64,000 nucleotides of DNA, from contig OZ024743.1 of the NCBI GenBank assembly GCA_964016885.1, positions 107,198,001-107,262,000 of the forward strand, in the 5' to 3' direction. The DNA is from Eledone cirrhosa. Lineage: Eukaryota. The first letter of the stretch is position 1; the number at the start of each line of letters is the position of its first letter. This document shows positions 27,839 through 41,633 of the stretch, in pieces. The notes under the pieces are model-generated. The model saw only the letters and a program-made list of their open reading frames with translations, was not told the origin of the DNA and did no database searches. Made by a program: the position numbers and the translations under genes.

Positions 27839-27843
<5 letters not shown>
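26737..27843 (+). mobile_element. Composite PLE remnant: GIY-YIG C-terminus, inverted repeat 27049-27098/27314-27364, direct repeat 27098-27251/27691-27843
   Basis: LLRVEQRTIFILQTHTPPGLN resembles the Penelope EN C-terminus; HHR-like fold at 27683-27772. Confidence 0.65.
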
Positions 27844-27923
<80 letters not shown>

Positions 27924-27972
27924 ATAATAATAAATTTGAAGACTAAAATCCAAAGAGGGCTCGATAAGTATC

Positions 27973-29153
27973 ACCGATTCTGCGGAAGTTACTGATCTTA
28001 TCGGCCTTTTCCTTCTTTTCTCTATCAAGGACGAAATCCCCAACGTGGGCGGTGGTTTGTACCGTGATGATGGTCTTTTGACCATGACTAAGTGCGGCCC
28101 ACGTGCTTGCGACAGGTTCAGAAAAGAACTCAAATCCTTCTTTAAAGGCTTCAACCTCTCTATACAGGTTGAGGCCAACATCTCGGTCGTTAATTACCTC
28201 CACGTTACCCTCAATTTATCGAATGGCTTGTATTACCCGTATAGAAAGCCGAATGATACGCTTAATTACATAAGTAAGCATTCCAACCATCCTGTCAGCA
28301 AAACCAAGAACCTGGTAAGAAACGTTTCTTTGAGGCTTTCCCGTCTATCTACTAACGAGCATATTTTCAACGACCATTCCACATATTACAATGAAGCTCT
28401 TGCTCGGAGTGGATTTTTCGATAAGGTAGCATATACAGAATACGAGAATAGACCTAGAAGAAATAGATCCCGACGCATTATATGGTATAACCCACAATAT
28501 AATATGGAGGTGGCCACACCATTAGCTAAGATCTTTCTATCCCTTATTACGAAGCATTTTCCCCCTACACATAAGTATAGTAGAATTTTTAATAGAAATA
28601 CTATTACAATGTCTTACTCTACGACTCCTAACCTTGCACATAACAACACAGCTTCAAATTTAACTAAACTACCTAGCCGTAGGAACACGTGCAACCCTGT
28701 AGTTAATACTAACTGTAATTGTAGGAATCGGGTTGATTGCCCCCTATCTGGGAAATGTCTCTCTAGTAACATTGTTTACAAATGTAAGGTTGAAACACCC
28801 ACGTCCCGTAGCGCCTACATAGGGTTAACCGCTAATAGATTCAAGCAGCGTCTTTACATGCATACCCATTCTTTTTGTTACCTTCTAAGAAGGAATATGA
28901 CGTCACTTTCAGCTTATATCTGGAGTCTAAAGACAACCACACCCAATATAAGTTACACTGAGAGATCCTTGCTAGGGCTAGATCGTATAACGGAAATAAA
29001 AGTCCATGTGACCTCTGCGCCGCTGAGGCCCTGGAAATACTCTACGCCCCGGACCACATCTTAAACAAAAAATCTGAGGCAATTTCGGCTTGTAAACATA
29101 AATTGCACAAAACTTTCCTGTATTACAGCCCCACATTATACCCTAACGGATAG
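27973..29153 (+). pseudogene. PLE RT-GIY-YIG ORF remnant
   Basis: DSAEVTDLIGL..GLYRDDGL, SNHP, NCNCR..CPL..C, IVYKC..AYIGLT..FKQR..H, then frameshifted CDLC..E..LN..CKH. Confidence 0.9.
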
Positions 29154-30033
29154 TACGATCTATACGCGGATATTTTACGTCTTGATGTGGTAGCTAAGTA
29201 TCTGTTATGTTTATACCATTACTTATTTGCATAGGTAAGTATATATTACCTGTATATTTTGTGAAGGTACGTATACTTTCTCGTACGTATATTTGATTGT
29301 ATATGTTATGGCGTATATTTTATATACTCTGGTACATATGCTTTTGGTTATGTGTATACGTGAGTTTTGCGTCTGTGTGAGTATGCGGGTTCGTACGTAT
29401 GTAGGATGTGTGTATATGTGTACTTCGTGTTTTGGTTGACGTACGTCTCCGAACATTTGTGTATTTACATGTAGGTATGTGTGTGCGCTTGTTATATACG
29501 TATTTATTTATTTATATACGTTTATTTAATTATTTGTATACACGCACACACACACATATTTATATGTGCGTGTATTTGTATACCTATGGCGAGTGTTTTC
29601 GCGTATGCGTGTATGTATTTATTTAATTTCAATTACCTCTGTATTTTATTTACTTTATTCTTAACTCTGAAGCGGAGAAACATTCGGTTTCCTAGTTAGA
29701 ATTTTAGTCTACGACTTCAGTTATACCATTTGCGTGCTTTTGTCTTTACGTGCAATTGTTCTCCACCCTCCACATATGACTATTATCTTCGTTTTTTTTT
29801 CGTTCATTGCCAGAGAACGTCTCTATGAACCACCTAATATTATTCTACGACTTCTTTTATACCATAAACGTGGTTCTGCCTTTGCGTGTAATTGTTTTTC
29901 ACCGCTACCAAATAATGACGTATTATATTCGTTTTTTCCCGTTCTTTGCCAGGGAGCGTTTCCACGAACCAAAGTATCGTCTTCCTGTCTTCCTCCAGTT
30001 GCAACGTTTTTTGAAATATTCACTTCTGCGTTC

Positions 30034-30109
30034 ACAGATTGACTTTGTTAGTTTCAGAAGATCCCGTTAAGGGTGAAAGCAGCGATTCTTTGCTTAAACT
30101 TTAATCTGT
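30034..30109 (+). ncRNA. Variant hammerhead-like fold (CAGAAGA core, CUU triplet)
   Basis: acagattga..agttt-CAGAAGA-tCCCgttaaGGGt-GAAA-GCAG..TTGC-TT-aaact ttaatctgt. Confidence 0.6.
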
Positions 30110-30309
30110 TATTTTAATATATATATATATATATACATAATCGGAGAAAGCTAACAGCGATACTCCGGCCAAATCCCAACTCACTCAACAAACATTAGGA
30201 AAGTATATTCCTAATTAAACGTTAATTGTATTGTGTGGAAAATTTGCTGTATCATTTCATATGAGATATATCAAATACATGTGTATGTGTGTGTGTGTGT
30301 GTCTGAGTG

Positions 30310-30412
30310 TTTACAGAGTTGGATTCGCAAGTGTGAGGCTGTGAGTTCGATTACTGGACCGAGCTTTGCGTTATGTCCTTCAGCAAGACATTTCATTTCA
30401 CGTTGCTCCTGT
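30310..30412 (+). mobile_element. Fragment of a second tRNA-derived SINE family
   Basis: gagttcgattactgg (B-box-like)..tgtccttcagcaagacatttcatttcacgttgctcc. Confidence 0.55.
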
Positions 30413-30661
30413 TAGGTGGAGTTTTAACGAAAGTCCATCGACTGTCGATATATATATATATATTCTAATATTCCCCAAAATAATCCAGGGGACAGTAGAA
30501 TAATCTTTTCGCACCGGACACCGTTTAGACTTCATGGCTTCTGTCCTCGAACAGCTGTTTTCCTCCGCAAAATCCGGTAGACTGCAGCCAACCCGAGGAA
30601 GGAGACCCGTAAGCTAGTGCTTCTCTTGCAGCTGGTCTTGCTACCCGCTTTCCCCGGCAAT

Positions 30662-30873
30662 TCTTTCGCAGTGATTATGATGTGATATCTGTTGTTGACG
30701 ACTTTTTTCACCAACAGGATGAAAGCCTCACCAATGGGATCCAAGTACTGTAACACCGATGGTGTTACAGTACTGTGGACCGCAAAAGGGAATATGTTGA
30801 AAAATAAACCTAATTTAGTCACGTTCCATGAAAGTATATGATCAGCCAATCAACTTTTCAGGCCACCCTCGTA
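30662..30873 (+). mobile_element. Mariner transposon 3' remnant
   Basis: Decayed FRSDYDVISVVDDFF..NGIQ..HRW..VDRK.EYVEK* followed by TIR-like aacttttcaggccaccctcg and TA. Confidence 0.7.
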
Positions 30874-31079
30874 GTCTGGACATTATTAAACCTTTCTATA
30901 TCCGAACCCAGTATTAGAAACTTTTATCGACAATGAATGGATGTACCTCACAGATTACCGTATTTTAATTCATTTGATTCCACGTTTATGACTTAGATGA
31001 GGACGAAAGTAGGCAATAATGAACTATTTTTATGGCAGTAGAGTTAAGTGTTTGTCTATGTGTGTGATTGTAATTTGTA

Positions 31080-31229
<150 letters not shown>

Positions 31230-32372
31230 TACGCACATCTCTATTTCATGAATGTGCATACCCCTTCGTATTTATGGGGATCGGCTCATAATGGGGTAGT
31301 CACGAGTTCAATTCTGACGGCGTGTTATATTCTAGAAAACAACCAACACTCACTGAGCTGTATTTGAAAAGTGCAGCCTTTTCCTATTCTGTGATCACGC
31401 TAAATCTCAATGAGAGCTAAGTTCAGGTCATACGTGTCTTTGGAATATTCAGCCACTTTCATTAACTGCATATGCCTCTCTTCAACGTAGTTCAGTAAGT
31501 GGACGTTTGTTTCTATGGGTGTGCGTGTGTGTATTTATTTGCACCCAGCGCCTTTTAGTATGTGTGTGTGTGGTGTGTCTGTGTGCATGTGTGTTCGTGT
31601 GTGTTTCTGTGTCTATTTCACTCTATATATATTTGTCCTCAACCTACTTTAGTAAGTTAGTGTGTGTGCATGTGAGGGTGCATGAGTGTATATCTCTATG
31701 TTACTAATTCTATATTTCCTCAATGCATCTTAGTGAGTGGATGTGCGTGTGTGTGTGCATGTATGATTGTGGATGTGTGTTTAGTGTTTCTATGTGTACG
31801 AATCAGTTTCGCTGTGTGTCTATTTCACTAACTGTTTATATGTGTCCTAAATGTATCGCATTGCGAGTGCGGGCGTGCGTGTGTGTCGGTGAGAGTGTGT
31901 GCGTATGCCTCTATTTTAAAAATGTATGTGTGTATTCAACGTAATTTATTGTTTATGTGTGTTTCTTATACTATCATCTGTTACTATTAAAAGTGTGTAT
32001 GTGTATGTAAGTGAGTATGTGTCTATTTCCCAAACAATATATATGAGTAAGGGTTAATCAGTGTGTGTGTGTGTGTGTGTGTGTGTATGCATGCGTTAAT
32101 CTGATTTAATGTATATATGTCTCTGGTGTCCTGAATGTACCTTAATGTTTATGTTTAACTATTATAGGTTTGTCTGTATCATAGTTCACAAAACTCCATA
32201 CGACAAAGCAGAGTAAACCACAGAAAACCGTCACCCCCAGCTTAACAAAATATACAATACACACTTACATCCCTTTATGGAATTCTTTTATGTTCCAACT
32301 GGAATTTATATATATTCTCATCCTTCCAAATTTTCTACGTACATCACACTCTCTCTCTCTCTCTCTTTCACA

Positions 32373-32406
<34 letters not shown>

Positions 32407-33413
32407 TAATCTCTCTTTCACTATCTCTCTCTATCCCCACGTTTTCACCCTCCCCAGTTCTCTCTTTCTCCTTTTCTTTTTAAATATCTCACTCTCTGTC
32501 TTTCTTTCTGTCTCTCTCTCTCTCTCTCTCCCGCCTCATCCTTTCCATTTCCGTCTAACCTACACCCTCAATTTCGTTCTCTTCTATTTTCTGTCTCAGA
32601 TACTCTTTTTTTCCTGCCTCTATTTATACACCACTCCCATCCCCCCTCTCTCTCTCTCAATCTCTCTCTTTTTCTTCAGTAGTCTCTTACATGGCGGCAT
32701 TTTTACAATTCATCATGTCAGGGGTTACTTAGTACATTCATATAAGTCAGTTGAAGTGTACCGAAAACCAGTCTAGCCGTATATCACAGATGCATGCATG
32801 TCAGATTGGAAGCATGTATATATTGGACGCAGATGCGTTCATGCACGCGCGCACACGAATACACACACATACCCACACACACACAAACACACACACACAC
32901 ACACAACCACACACTCCACACACCACATTCACACGCACACATACACAAATACACACACTCATATGTATATAGATAGATTTTATCTGTCCCTTTTTCTTTT
33001 CCCTTCTATCTTTCTCTATCTCCTTCTTTTCCTATTCTTTTTCTCTTCCCCTTTCTCTCTCTCTCTTTCGCACCCCCCCTCTCTCTGTATATGTATATAT
33101 ATATATATATATTTACACACAGAGAAATGGTGGGGAGAAATAGGGCAACTAATTGGAAGCGTGTAGGATCATTGGGGAAATGACATGCTCAATGTATTCT
33201 GCATGATCGCACTTAAAGTTCAAATCGGAGCAAAGTCACCTAAGCCTTTTATTGTATGCGGGTAAAATGATTAACCAAAGACGTGCTGTTCATACACTAT
33301 CTACCTGAAGCTATTATATTCTAAAACTTTCAATGGGTCAAGTATGAGAAAGAGGAAATGGGCACCTAGATCCCCTGATGTATGTGTGGATAGTTCTGTT
33401 ACTTATATATTAA

Positions 33414-33598
33414 TTGTTTCTACTTTAGGCACAAGGCCAGCAATTTCCCAGTGCATTACTGGTACTTTATTTTATCGACCCCGTAAGGATGAAAGGCAAA
33501 GTAAACCTCGGCGGGATTTGAAATCAAAGTGTAAAGGGACGTAACTATGCTGGAAAGCATGGCGTCCGACTCTCTACCGATACTGTCAATCCCCCGCC
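33414..33598 (-). mobile_element. Full-length SINE with ~19-bp TSD
   Basis: ctg(t/c)tacttatatattaat on both sides. Confidence 0.9.
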
Positions 33599-33767
33599 CT
33601 GCTACTTATATATTAATGATATGGAAGCTGCACTACAGACGGATGGATTCATAGGGTGACGAACCATCCCCATGTCAGAATACAGCCGGCGAACAAAGGG
33701 GAGTGTGTGTGTGCGCAGTGAGTTCCATTACTGAACTGGTATATTTTTTTACCGACCAAATATATAT

Positions 33768-33896
33768 ATAGCGTGTTTCCCCTAATATAAGACTTACTTC
33801 AAAAGTAAACCCTAGCATGCTTTTTATGTTGCTCTCCAAAATGAACCCGACACCACAACTAAAGCCTAGCGTATTTTTGAGAGAAATATTACTGTA
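33768..33896. mobile_element. Decayed pogo/Tigger-like MITE
   Basis: cgtgtttcccctaatataagac..aaaccctagc..aagcctagc..actgta resembles Tigger-type ends. Confidence 0.4.
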
Positions 33897-34121
33897 AAGA
33901 ATAATATAAACCGTAGATTTCCAGAATCTTCCTGAAAATATATATTTAATATAAAAGTGAGATGCTTACTAGTTGGTTGGTTGGTTGAATCACACGAAAA
34001 CTACACATACATACACACAAATACACACACATCTAAAGAGAGAGAGACACACAAGGGGAGAGGCAAAAGGAGAAAGATAGGTGGTTATACATAGAGAGAT
34101 ACAATTAAAGTGTTAAATATT

Positions 34122-34165
<44 letters not shown>

Positions 34166-34389
34166 TACTGGCGTCCCACTAAAGTCTAAAATCGGCTTAA
34201 ACTATAGATTCTTTGATCTCTAGGAAGGTTTAATAATATTCCGTTCGCTTTTATAAAGTGGTTTTATAGTTTTTGATTTAACAGAGCAAAGGAAAATTGA
34301 TACTATTTAAAATTAATCTACCCTCCAGTTTTTATCCATACACTACTTACACACTGCACTAATGAAGCTAAACACTTCAGAAACAAAGT

Positions 34390-34684
34390 TATGAGGCATA
34401 TTGCTGCGTTTCAGATGAGGTCCTTCGGAGCTGAAAAAGATCATATTGACTGTAGTTATTTTACAAAATTCAAAATTCCAAGGCCATTTAATCGGCAATT
34501 TAATCCCCAGCACAATAAGGAACTTTTATTATTGTTTTTTTTTATGTCGCTCTCACACACACTCACACGCACACACACATTACGGTCTCATCTCATAACA
34601 GACAACGCATCCAATACAGTCGTTTTCTCTTTTATCCTTCTTCTCTTAACTATTCTCCCGGGCGACGCCGGGTACCTCAGCTTG
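34390..34684 (+). mobile_element. Helitron 3' end remnant (left boundary uncertain)
   Basis: CCCGGGCGACGCCGGG hairpin at 34657-34672, then CTTG (CTAG-like) followed by T. Confidence 0.5.
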
Positions 34685-35268
34685 TTAATATATGAATTAT
34701 TTTAATGATATTGTTTTGAACACTATAATATGATGATACTTGTATAATCATAATTTTATCAAATCTATTGTGTTGTTACTCTGAAAAGAAGCTCTAGTGC
34801 CTATTTATGAGGGAAAATAATACACGACCTGTCTAATAATGGGGGAAACACGGTATATATAGTGTAGCACACCTACCTCATTCATTAATTTAATCCCAAT
34901 TCATTTTTTTAGATTTCTTGCGTGACATTTCTTCCTTTCCTTTCTGTTTCTTTTCATGCATTTATCTTTTATAACCTTCATTGCTTCAGTCATTTTTTCC
35001 TCTGTCTGTGTATCTTCTTTTCCTTCTTTCTAACTAGCTATATTTCATTGTGGGATTGTTTTCCTCCTTTCGTTCTGCTTCCCGAACAAAATAATTTATC
35101 TATATACCTATTTATTTATTCTAGATATATATTCAGCTCAATTCTTTTTTTTCTTTCTTTGTCACTCTTTCCCTTGTTATTTGTTTTATTGGTTATGTAT
35201 ACTTTCCTTCCTTCTCTATTTCGTTCTTCTTGTCTTTCGCTCTTCATTTGCCATAATGGGTTTTTCAG

Positions 35269-35329
35269 GTTACAACAATATCGGGAACCATGCACTTCGA
35301 CTTCAAGGGGAAGGTTTTTAAGAACATAG
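35269..35329 (+). CDS. Candidate small exon (VTTISGTMHFDFKGKVFKNI)
   Basis: Long pyrimidine tract, tttttcag| acceptor, AG|gttatg donor; only frame 0 is open. Confidence 0.4.
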
Positions 35330-35774
35330 GTTATGTTTATTTTTGTTGGGGGAAGGAAGGAATATCTTTTCCTCTCATATGTGATCTGTACTTTGTGTTA
35401 TTTTATATATTTTTTTAGATTTTACCACACCTCTAGTCAAATATAACCCTCAAACAGACACACCACACACACAAACATACGCACGCACAGACACATCTTT
35501 GAATAAATAGACACATTTACATTTCATACACATTGACAAAGAAGTGCGACACAGTACAGCTACAATTTTCAATGTATAGTACCTATACATCCATTTGTTA
35601 AGGGCTTCTAGGAAGGATGGTGGCTGTGTATGATCGAACACCTGATAACGAAACATACTTAACACAATTAGACACAAATATAAAATTAAACAATGAAGAT
35701 ACCAATAACTACAGAGAGTTTCCCTTATCTGTACAATGGTGGCATTAAGTAAAAATAAGACGGTTGAAAATTAG

Positions 35775-35812
<38 letters not shown>

Positions 35813-36680
35813 GTAATGAAGATTAGGAGAATGAGATAATATGATACTGATCATAAAGGAAATTATGTTGATCAAGATCATGTGATGGTGATTGTTAATT
35901 ATAATGATGTTGGAGATGATGATGATAGGGATGATGGAGTTGTGGTGGTGACCTTGATAATTTGGGTGTGGATTTCCTGTAGATATTTCTTAAAGCATGA
36001 CGCATTTGAGTTGTACCTACAAGTCAAAATGTCAATCGTGTCTTGCTGAATTACACTGAGCCCTACATTAAGGCAACGCTTATGAGTAAGATATTTAACC
36101 ACATGTGGAACTCGAAAAAATATCCAACATTTGCCTAAATTTTCTACCTTAAGATTTCCGAGATCAAATCATGCTGAGGACTACAGTGTCTTTTATTATT
36201 TCGAGGTTGATAAAGAAATTACCAACCCAGTGCTGGAGCAGCCCTCTCTCCTTCCAGCATTCATATTCTGAAGGTCCTGCTTAATTAAAGATGGTCGTGG
36301 TGGTTATTGAGCTCCATACTAAACCTGACCCAGAAAACTCGTGTTCAAATGCATTTCAGCCACGATCATCTAGTCATTTTTCAAATAAATTAACGTGTCC
36401 TATTTATTTAAGGCAGATTTGCTTGCTATTTCTAGTACATCAGGTGACCATATAAAGGTTCCTTTGTCGGCCGGCTAATTGCTCATCTTTCATCATTTCA
36501 AGGTCGATAAAAAAGTGGCAACTTATTGCTGGTGTCGTTTTCTTTTTTTTCTCTCCGTATCTGTTTCTCATTTCCTCACTCATATTTGCACATCCACACT
36601 GACACAAACACACACATTCAGGTACACACTCACTCTCACCCTCTCTTCGCCTTTCTCTGGAAGGAATCGCCTCTTTTTAG

Positions 36681-36728
36681 AACTGGAAGTGATGGGCTTC
36701 ATCGTGTTTAAAATGACTAAAATCTACC
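36681..36728 (+). CDS. Candidate microexon (ELEVMGFIVFKMTKIY)
   Basis: ctctttttag| acceptor, C|gtaagt donor, phase 1/1. Confidence 0.4.
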
Positions 36729-38130
36729 GTAAGTTACGAGGGCACCTCTAAGACCCATCAGGACATATGGGTCCACTCATACATCCAGTATCATTCTGTA
36801 AATTAAAATTGACAGGAATTGCTTCGTCATCCAATTTTCGTACTCCATAAAATTAGTAGGTGAAATATTACTGCTACAATAACCATTGAATAGCATAAAC
36901 AGTCAATATAATCGAACTATTTAATGCTAATTTACATTCCTAAGTCCCAAAATCATCTGATATTTACAAATGAAACAAACTCTTTCGACGTTGAGCATTC
37001 AGGTGTTTCAACATCTGAACGTACGACTCCTGAATTAACATGAAATTGGGTAGACAGAAACTATTCAAAAGCCCAATGGATGGACTGTTATGGCAACTGG
37101 AAGAACCAGTCATGTCACTCAGACATATTGAATCTCTCTGAAAACTAGATTTAGGGTAAAGTTGTGTATTGCAATATCACCAAATTATCGAAACAAATAT
37201 CAATGCTCTACAAATTCGAAGGAAGAATGTTTGCAAACCTAAGCACATATATATAGGATAGACACACACAGAGGGTGACGTTTTTGTGTTATTTTATTTT
37301 TTTTCTTAGACATTGCTACTAATACTGTGCAGACATTTTTATTAAGGATATTTATTTTATAGGAAGAGAACCTCTCTAACAACTACGTTAAATATCTACG
37401 TGTTGGTGAAATGCTCAGCCACTTACGGAACATGGAAAATATCAACCGCCATAAGAGGTTACGGCTATAAACACATATTGGTTTCACGCACATGCAGGAT
37501 GTTATATAATTTTTTTAATCTTTGCTAAACTTGTGCGGAAATTGTAATTAAGGGCATTAAAAAATGACATTGTGCGAATAATAATAATCAAAATATCGGA
37601 AGTTGCATAAATAGACGGAATGAAACATTTGGTATCAAGAGACAAAAGCATTCTTGTTATACATCAATGGTTGCCATTAAATACCTTACCACACAGATGG
37701 AGCGTCCACTTTTATGCCTATTTATGACTAGAGGCAAACACATTAAAATAACAGCGACGAGGACAAATAGAAAAGTAATGATAATAATAATAATAATAAC
37801 AAAACCACAGCAACAACAACAATAATAATAATGGTTATTATTATAATGATAATGATAACGATAACAGAAACAATAATAATAAATATTTGATCTCGGTTGG
37901 AACCAGATGTAATATCCATGGTTTTCTCCTCAAGGACTTGGGTTCTTCTGAGTAAATTTACTTTTTATTTGTTCTAGAAAGACACACGGACGATCACTCT
38001 CTGATCCACCCTCAGTTTCTCTCATGCATTCCTCATGTTTATGTCCATATATATATGTGACTGTGTGTGTATTGCTTTGTGTGCGTTTGTGTGTGTGAGT
38101 GGATGTCAGTTCATGTTTATATTATGTACG

Positions 38131-38345
<215 letters not shown>

Positions 38346-38449
38346 TTCTTACCACACACAAAGTAAAATGGGGAGAAAGAGTGAAAAGACATTCCCAGAA
38401 ATATTACTTAAACGGAGAATAATGCGCTGCCGTGTTGGAAGTGGTATCA

Positions 38450-39245
38450 TGACTGGCTAGTGTAAAATCCCTCGGCTGGAATTTACAGACGACAGGGTAT
38501 CTTATAACTCGACAGAGGGTGATCTTCGACTTGCACTCGATAGGTTTGAAGAGGAGTGCTGCATCATTGGAATGAAAATCAGTGCTGCGAAAACTGAGAC
38601 ACTCGTTTTCTCAAGGAGGCCTGCGCAATGCTCTCTACATGTGAATGGAATTTCACTGAAGCAGGTAGATAAGTTCTTGTATCGAATGATGAAATGCGGG
38701 AGGCTGAATTAAGTGCAAGAATTGCCGGAGGTGGTGCAGTAATGCGCCAGATTCAGCATTCAGTAATGAGAATAAGGATGTAGATTTAAAATACAAACAT
38801 ACTATCTTCAAATCGGTATTCGTTCCAAACCTTACATATAGTCATGAATCTTGAGTAATGACCGAAATAATACGATCGGAAACACAACCGGCTGAAATGG
38901 TGTTCTTCCGAAAGGTTTTGGAGTAACGTTACTCGATAGAGTACGTAGTTCGGAGATCAGAGAATCATACCAGGTAGAGCCGCTACTTCTCCGAATTGAG
39001 AGATCACAGCTCCGATAATTTGGACATATAGTTAGAATGTCTCAGGAAAGAATCATTTCACAGATTTTGGAGAGCAAAACCAACCAGTAGGAGACCCAGG
39101 GATAGACCCGAGCAAGATTGTTGGATAACATACATCAGCTTGGCTGGTCTCCAGCTGGAGACGGCTGCTATTGACATGATCCGCTGAAAGGAGGGTTTGA
39201 GGACTCTATGCCCGGGAAACACTCAGGAATATGTGAACGACAACG
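38450..39245 (+). mobile_element. RTE-clade (Rex3/Expander-like) LINE 3' fragment with (GAA)n tail
   Basis: LEFTDD..LDRFEEEC..GMKISAAKTE..LKQVDKF; LTYSHES..AEM.FFR..DRVRSSEIRE..EPLLLRIERSQLR*FGH. Confidence 0.85.
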
Positions 39246-39380
39246 AAGAAGAAGAAGAAGAAGAAGAAGAAGAAGAAGAAGAAGAAGAAGAAGAAGAAGA
39301 AGAAGAAGAAGAAGAAGAAGAAGAAGAAGAAGAAGAAGAAGAAGAAGAAGAAGAAGAAGAAGAAGAAGAAGAAGAAGAAG
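39246..39380. repeat. (GAA)n microsatellite
   Basis: Direct inspection. Confidence 0.95.
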
Positions 39381-39880
39381 CCGACAGTAATGCCTTTCTG
39401 TATATCAACAAAATTCTGATATTCATACACATGTTGGTGAGATGTAATATAAAGGTGAGTAGTGGATATCTGTATGGATTACTTGTTAAAAAGAGGTAAA
39501 TTCGTAACAAAAGTAAAGTGAATATACAATAATCTTTAAAAATTAAACCCCGCATATAAACTATTTCATTAAAAAAAAATCAATAAAGGAGACTCACTCT
39601 ATATATATTATTCTTTATATATTATACATTTAAATATTATACATTTCAAAAGAAAACATTACAGGATATTATTATTGATCGGTTTTTAATTATATAAACA
39701 ATTGCATTTGTATGAACATAGGCACCGGCAGGGTTATGTGCTCAAGGGGTCCAATGTACATCCAAGTAGTTTGTAGTTTATACACATGGCAAATCAATGT
39801 TAAAATGTATAATTTCATCGAAGCGAATTAGCCAATACCTTGCAAGAGAAATTAATTAATTTCTCTGAAATTGCAAACGT

Positions 39881-39915
<35 letters not shown>

Positions 39916-39919
39916 GTAA

Positions 39920-40011
39920 TATAGATACTCCAGATCAATTTTTGTCGAGTGCTTCTAATCTATTGTAAAATTGAATTAGTGGAATAATCAACGAACCATA
40001 TAAACCTTTAG

Positions 40012-40073
<62 letters not shown>

Positions 40074-40380
40074 CCAACATTTTATATGGTTCGTTGATTA
40101 TTCAACTAATTCAATTTTACAATAGATTAGAAGCACTCGACACAAATTTATCTGGAGTATCTATAATATTATTCAAAATATTAATAAATGGGAAATATAC
40201 AACTGCCGGAATTGAATATTCAATACCTCAGTGGTATGTCGTATAACCAATCTCTTATATATTTTATCTGATGAAAACGAACTTGAACACAATTGTACCT
40301 TTGAAATATGTATAATAAAATATATACTTTGGTTATGATAATATTTCCAATTTATTAATAATTTGAATAATATTATATAT
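39920..40380. mobile_element. PLE pLTR/tail fold-back cluster around (TA)n, with HHR at 40256-40326 (+)
   Basis: 39920-40013 vs 40070-40165 inverted; 40160-40196 vs 40340-40377 inverted; tatattttat-CTGATGA-aaa..ttt-GAAA-tatgta-TA-ataaaatata. Confidence 0.8.
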
Positions 40381-40600
40381 ATATATGTGATTCCAGTACC
40401 CCGGAGGACTAACAACACACCCAGGAGCTGGACATATCGATGTATTGACAGAGTGGAATACACTTCAACAACACGTGTACCTGTCTTTTCCACACTAATT
40501 CGTCTGCTTAGAGAGATCTAAGCCAATAATACTGTCACCGAAATATATATAGCAGAGAATTTATAATAAACGAAGCCAAATTTTACATGTTTGATTTACT

Positions 40601-40648
<48 letters not shown>

Positions 40649-41164
40649 TAATATATATATATATATATAGTGTGTGTGTAAAAATAATAACAAAAATAAC
40701 AGCAAACGGCGCAATACATGGAATAAATATATTAGTTTAACACTTGAAATAGCAGGAAGAGTGTGTTCTGTGTGTCCTTGTTTATGTTTGTTTCTGTGCT
40801 TCTGTCCGGAAACCTAGAGGTTCGACATAAAGGTTTCGAAACAAATATGCACTTCCCTTGAAAAAAAAAGGCGTAGTAAGTTAAATCTAATCGAGTAAAT
40901 TTTTGACAATTGGTGCCCCAGCATGCCACTAGTCAGATGACTGAAACTAGTTAAAGATAAATTGACTAAAATTATGTTGAAGGTAAATGGATTTCTAATA
41001 GTATGGAACAATCTCAATGGGCGTGTAAGGATTCAGTCAACCATACAGAAGATATATCTGCCTACCATACGTAACCACTTCAGTAACACTCACTGAAGAG
41101 AAGTCATACTGAGTTTATAGATATTACGACCAGTAACACTTGTTATTTCACCCATTTAACTCTC

Positions 41165-41392
<228 letters not shown>

Positions 41393-41592
41393 TATATATA
41401 TACAGATATATATATATATATACATATATATATATGTATATATATATATATGTATATATATATATGTATATATATATATATAGAGAGAGAGGTCCATCTA
41501 TCTATTTACTTCATATGCACACCCACTCTCACCCCCACTCGGTTTTCTCGCTTTCCGGTCTCTCTCACTCTCTCTTTTCTCTTTCTCTCCGT

Positions 41593-41633
<41 letters not shown>

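Larger units (their letters stand above)
27921..30117 (+). mobile_element. 5'-truncated Naiad-like PLE in (TA)n
   Basis: RT and GIY-YIG coding remnant, 3'UTR, terminal HHR-like fold; TA on both sides. Confidence 0.9.

Noticed and set aside
28945-28952. In-frame TGA in the PLE endonuclease as possible selenocysteine
   Set aside because: Falls at a conserved Trp position (TGG>TGA), not Cys; no SECIS recognised
29660-29702. ctgaagcggagaaac..gtttc possible minimal HHR (also near 2735)
   Set aside because: Core broken, and the GAAA is absent in the second copy
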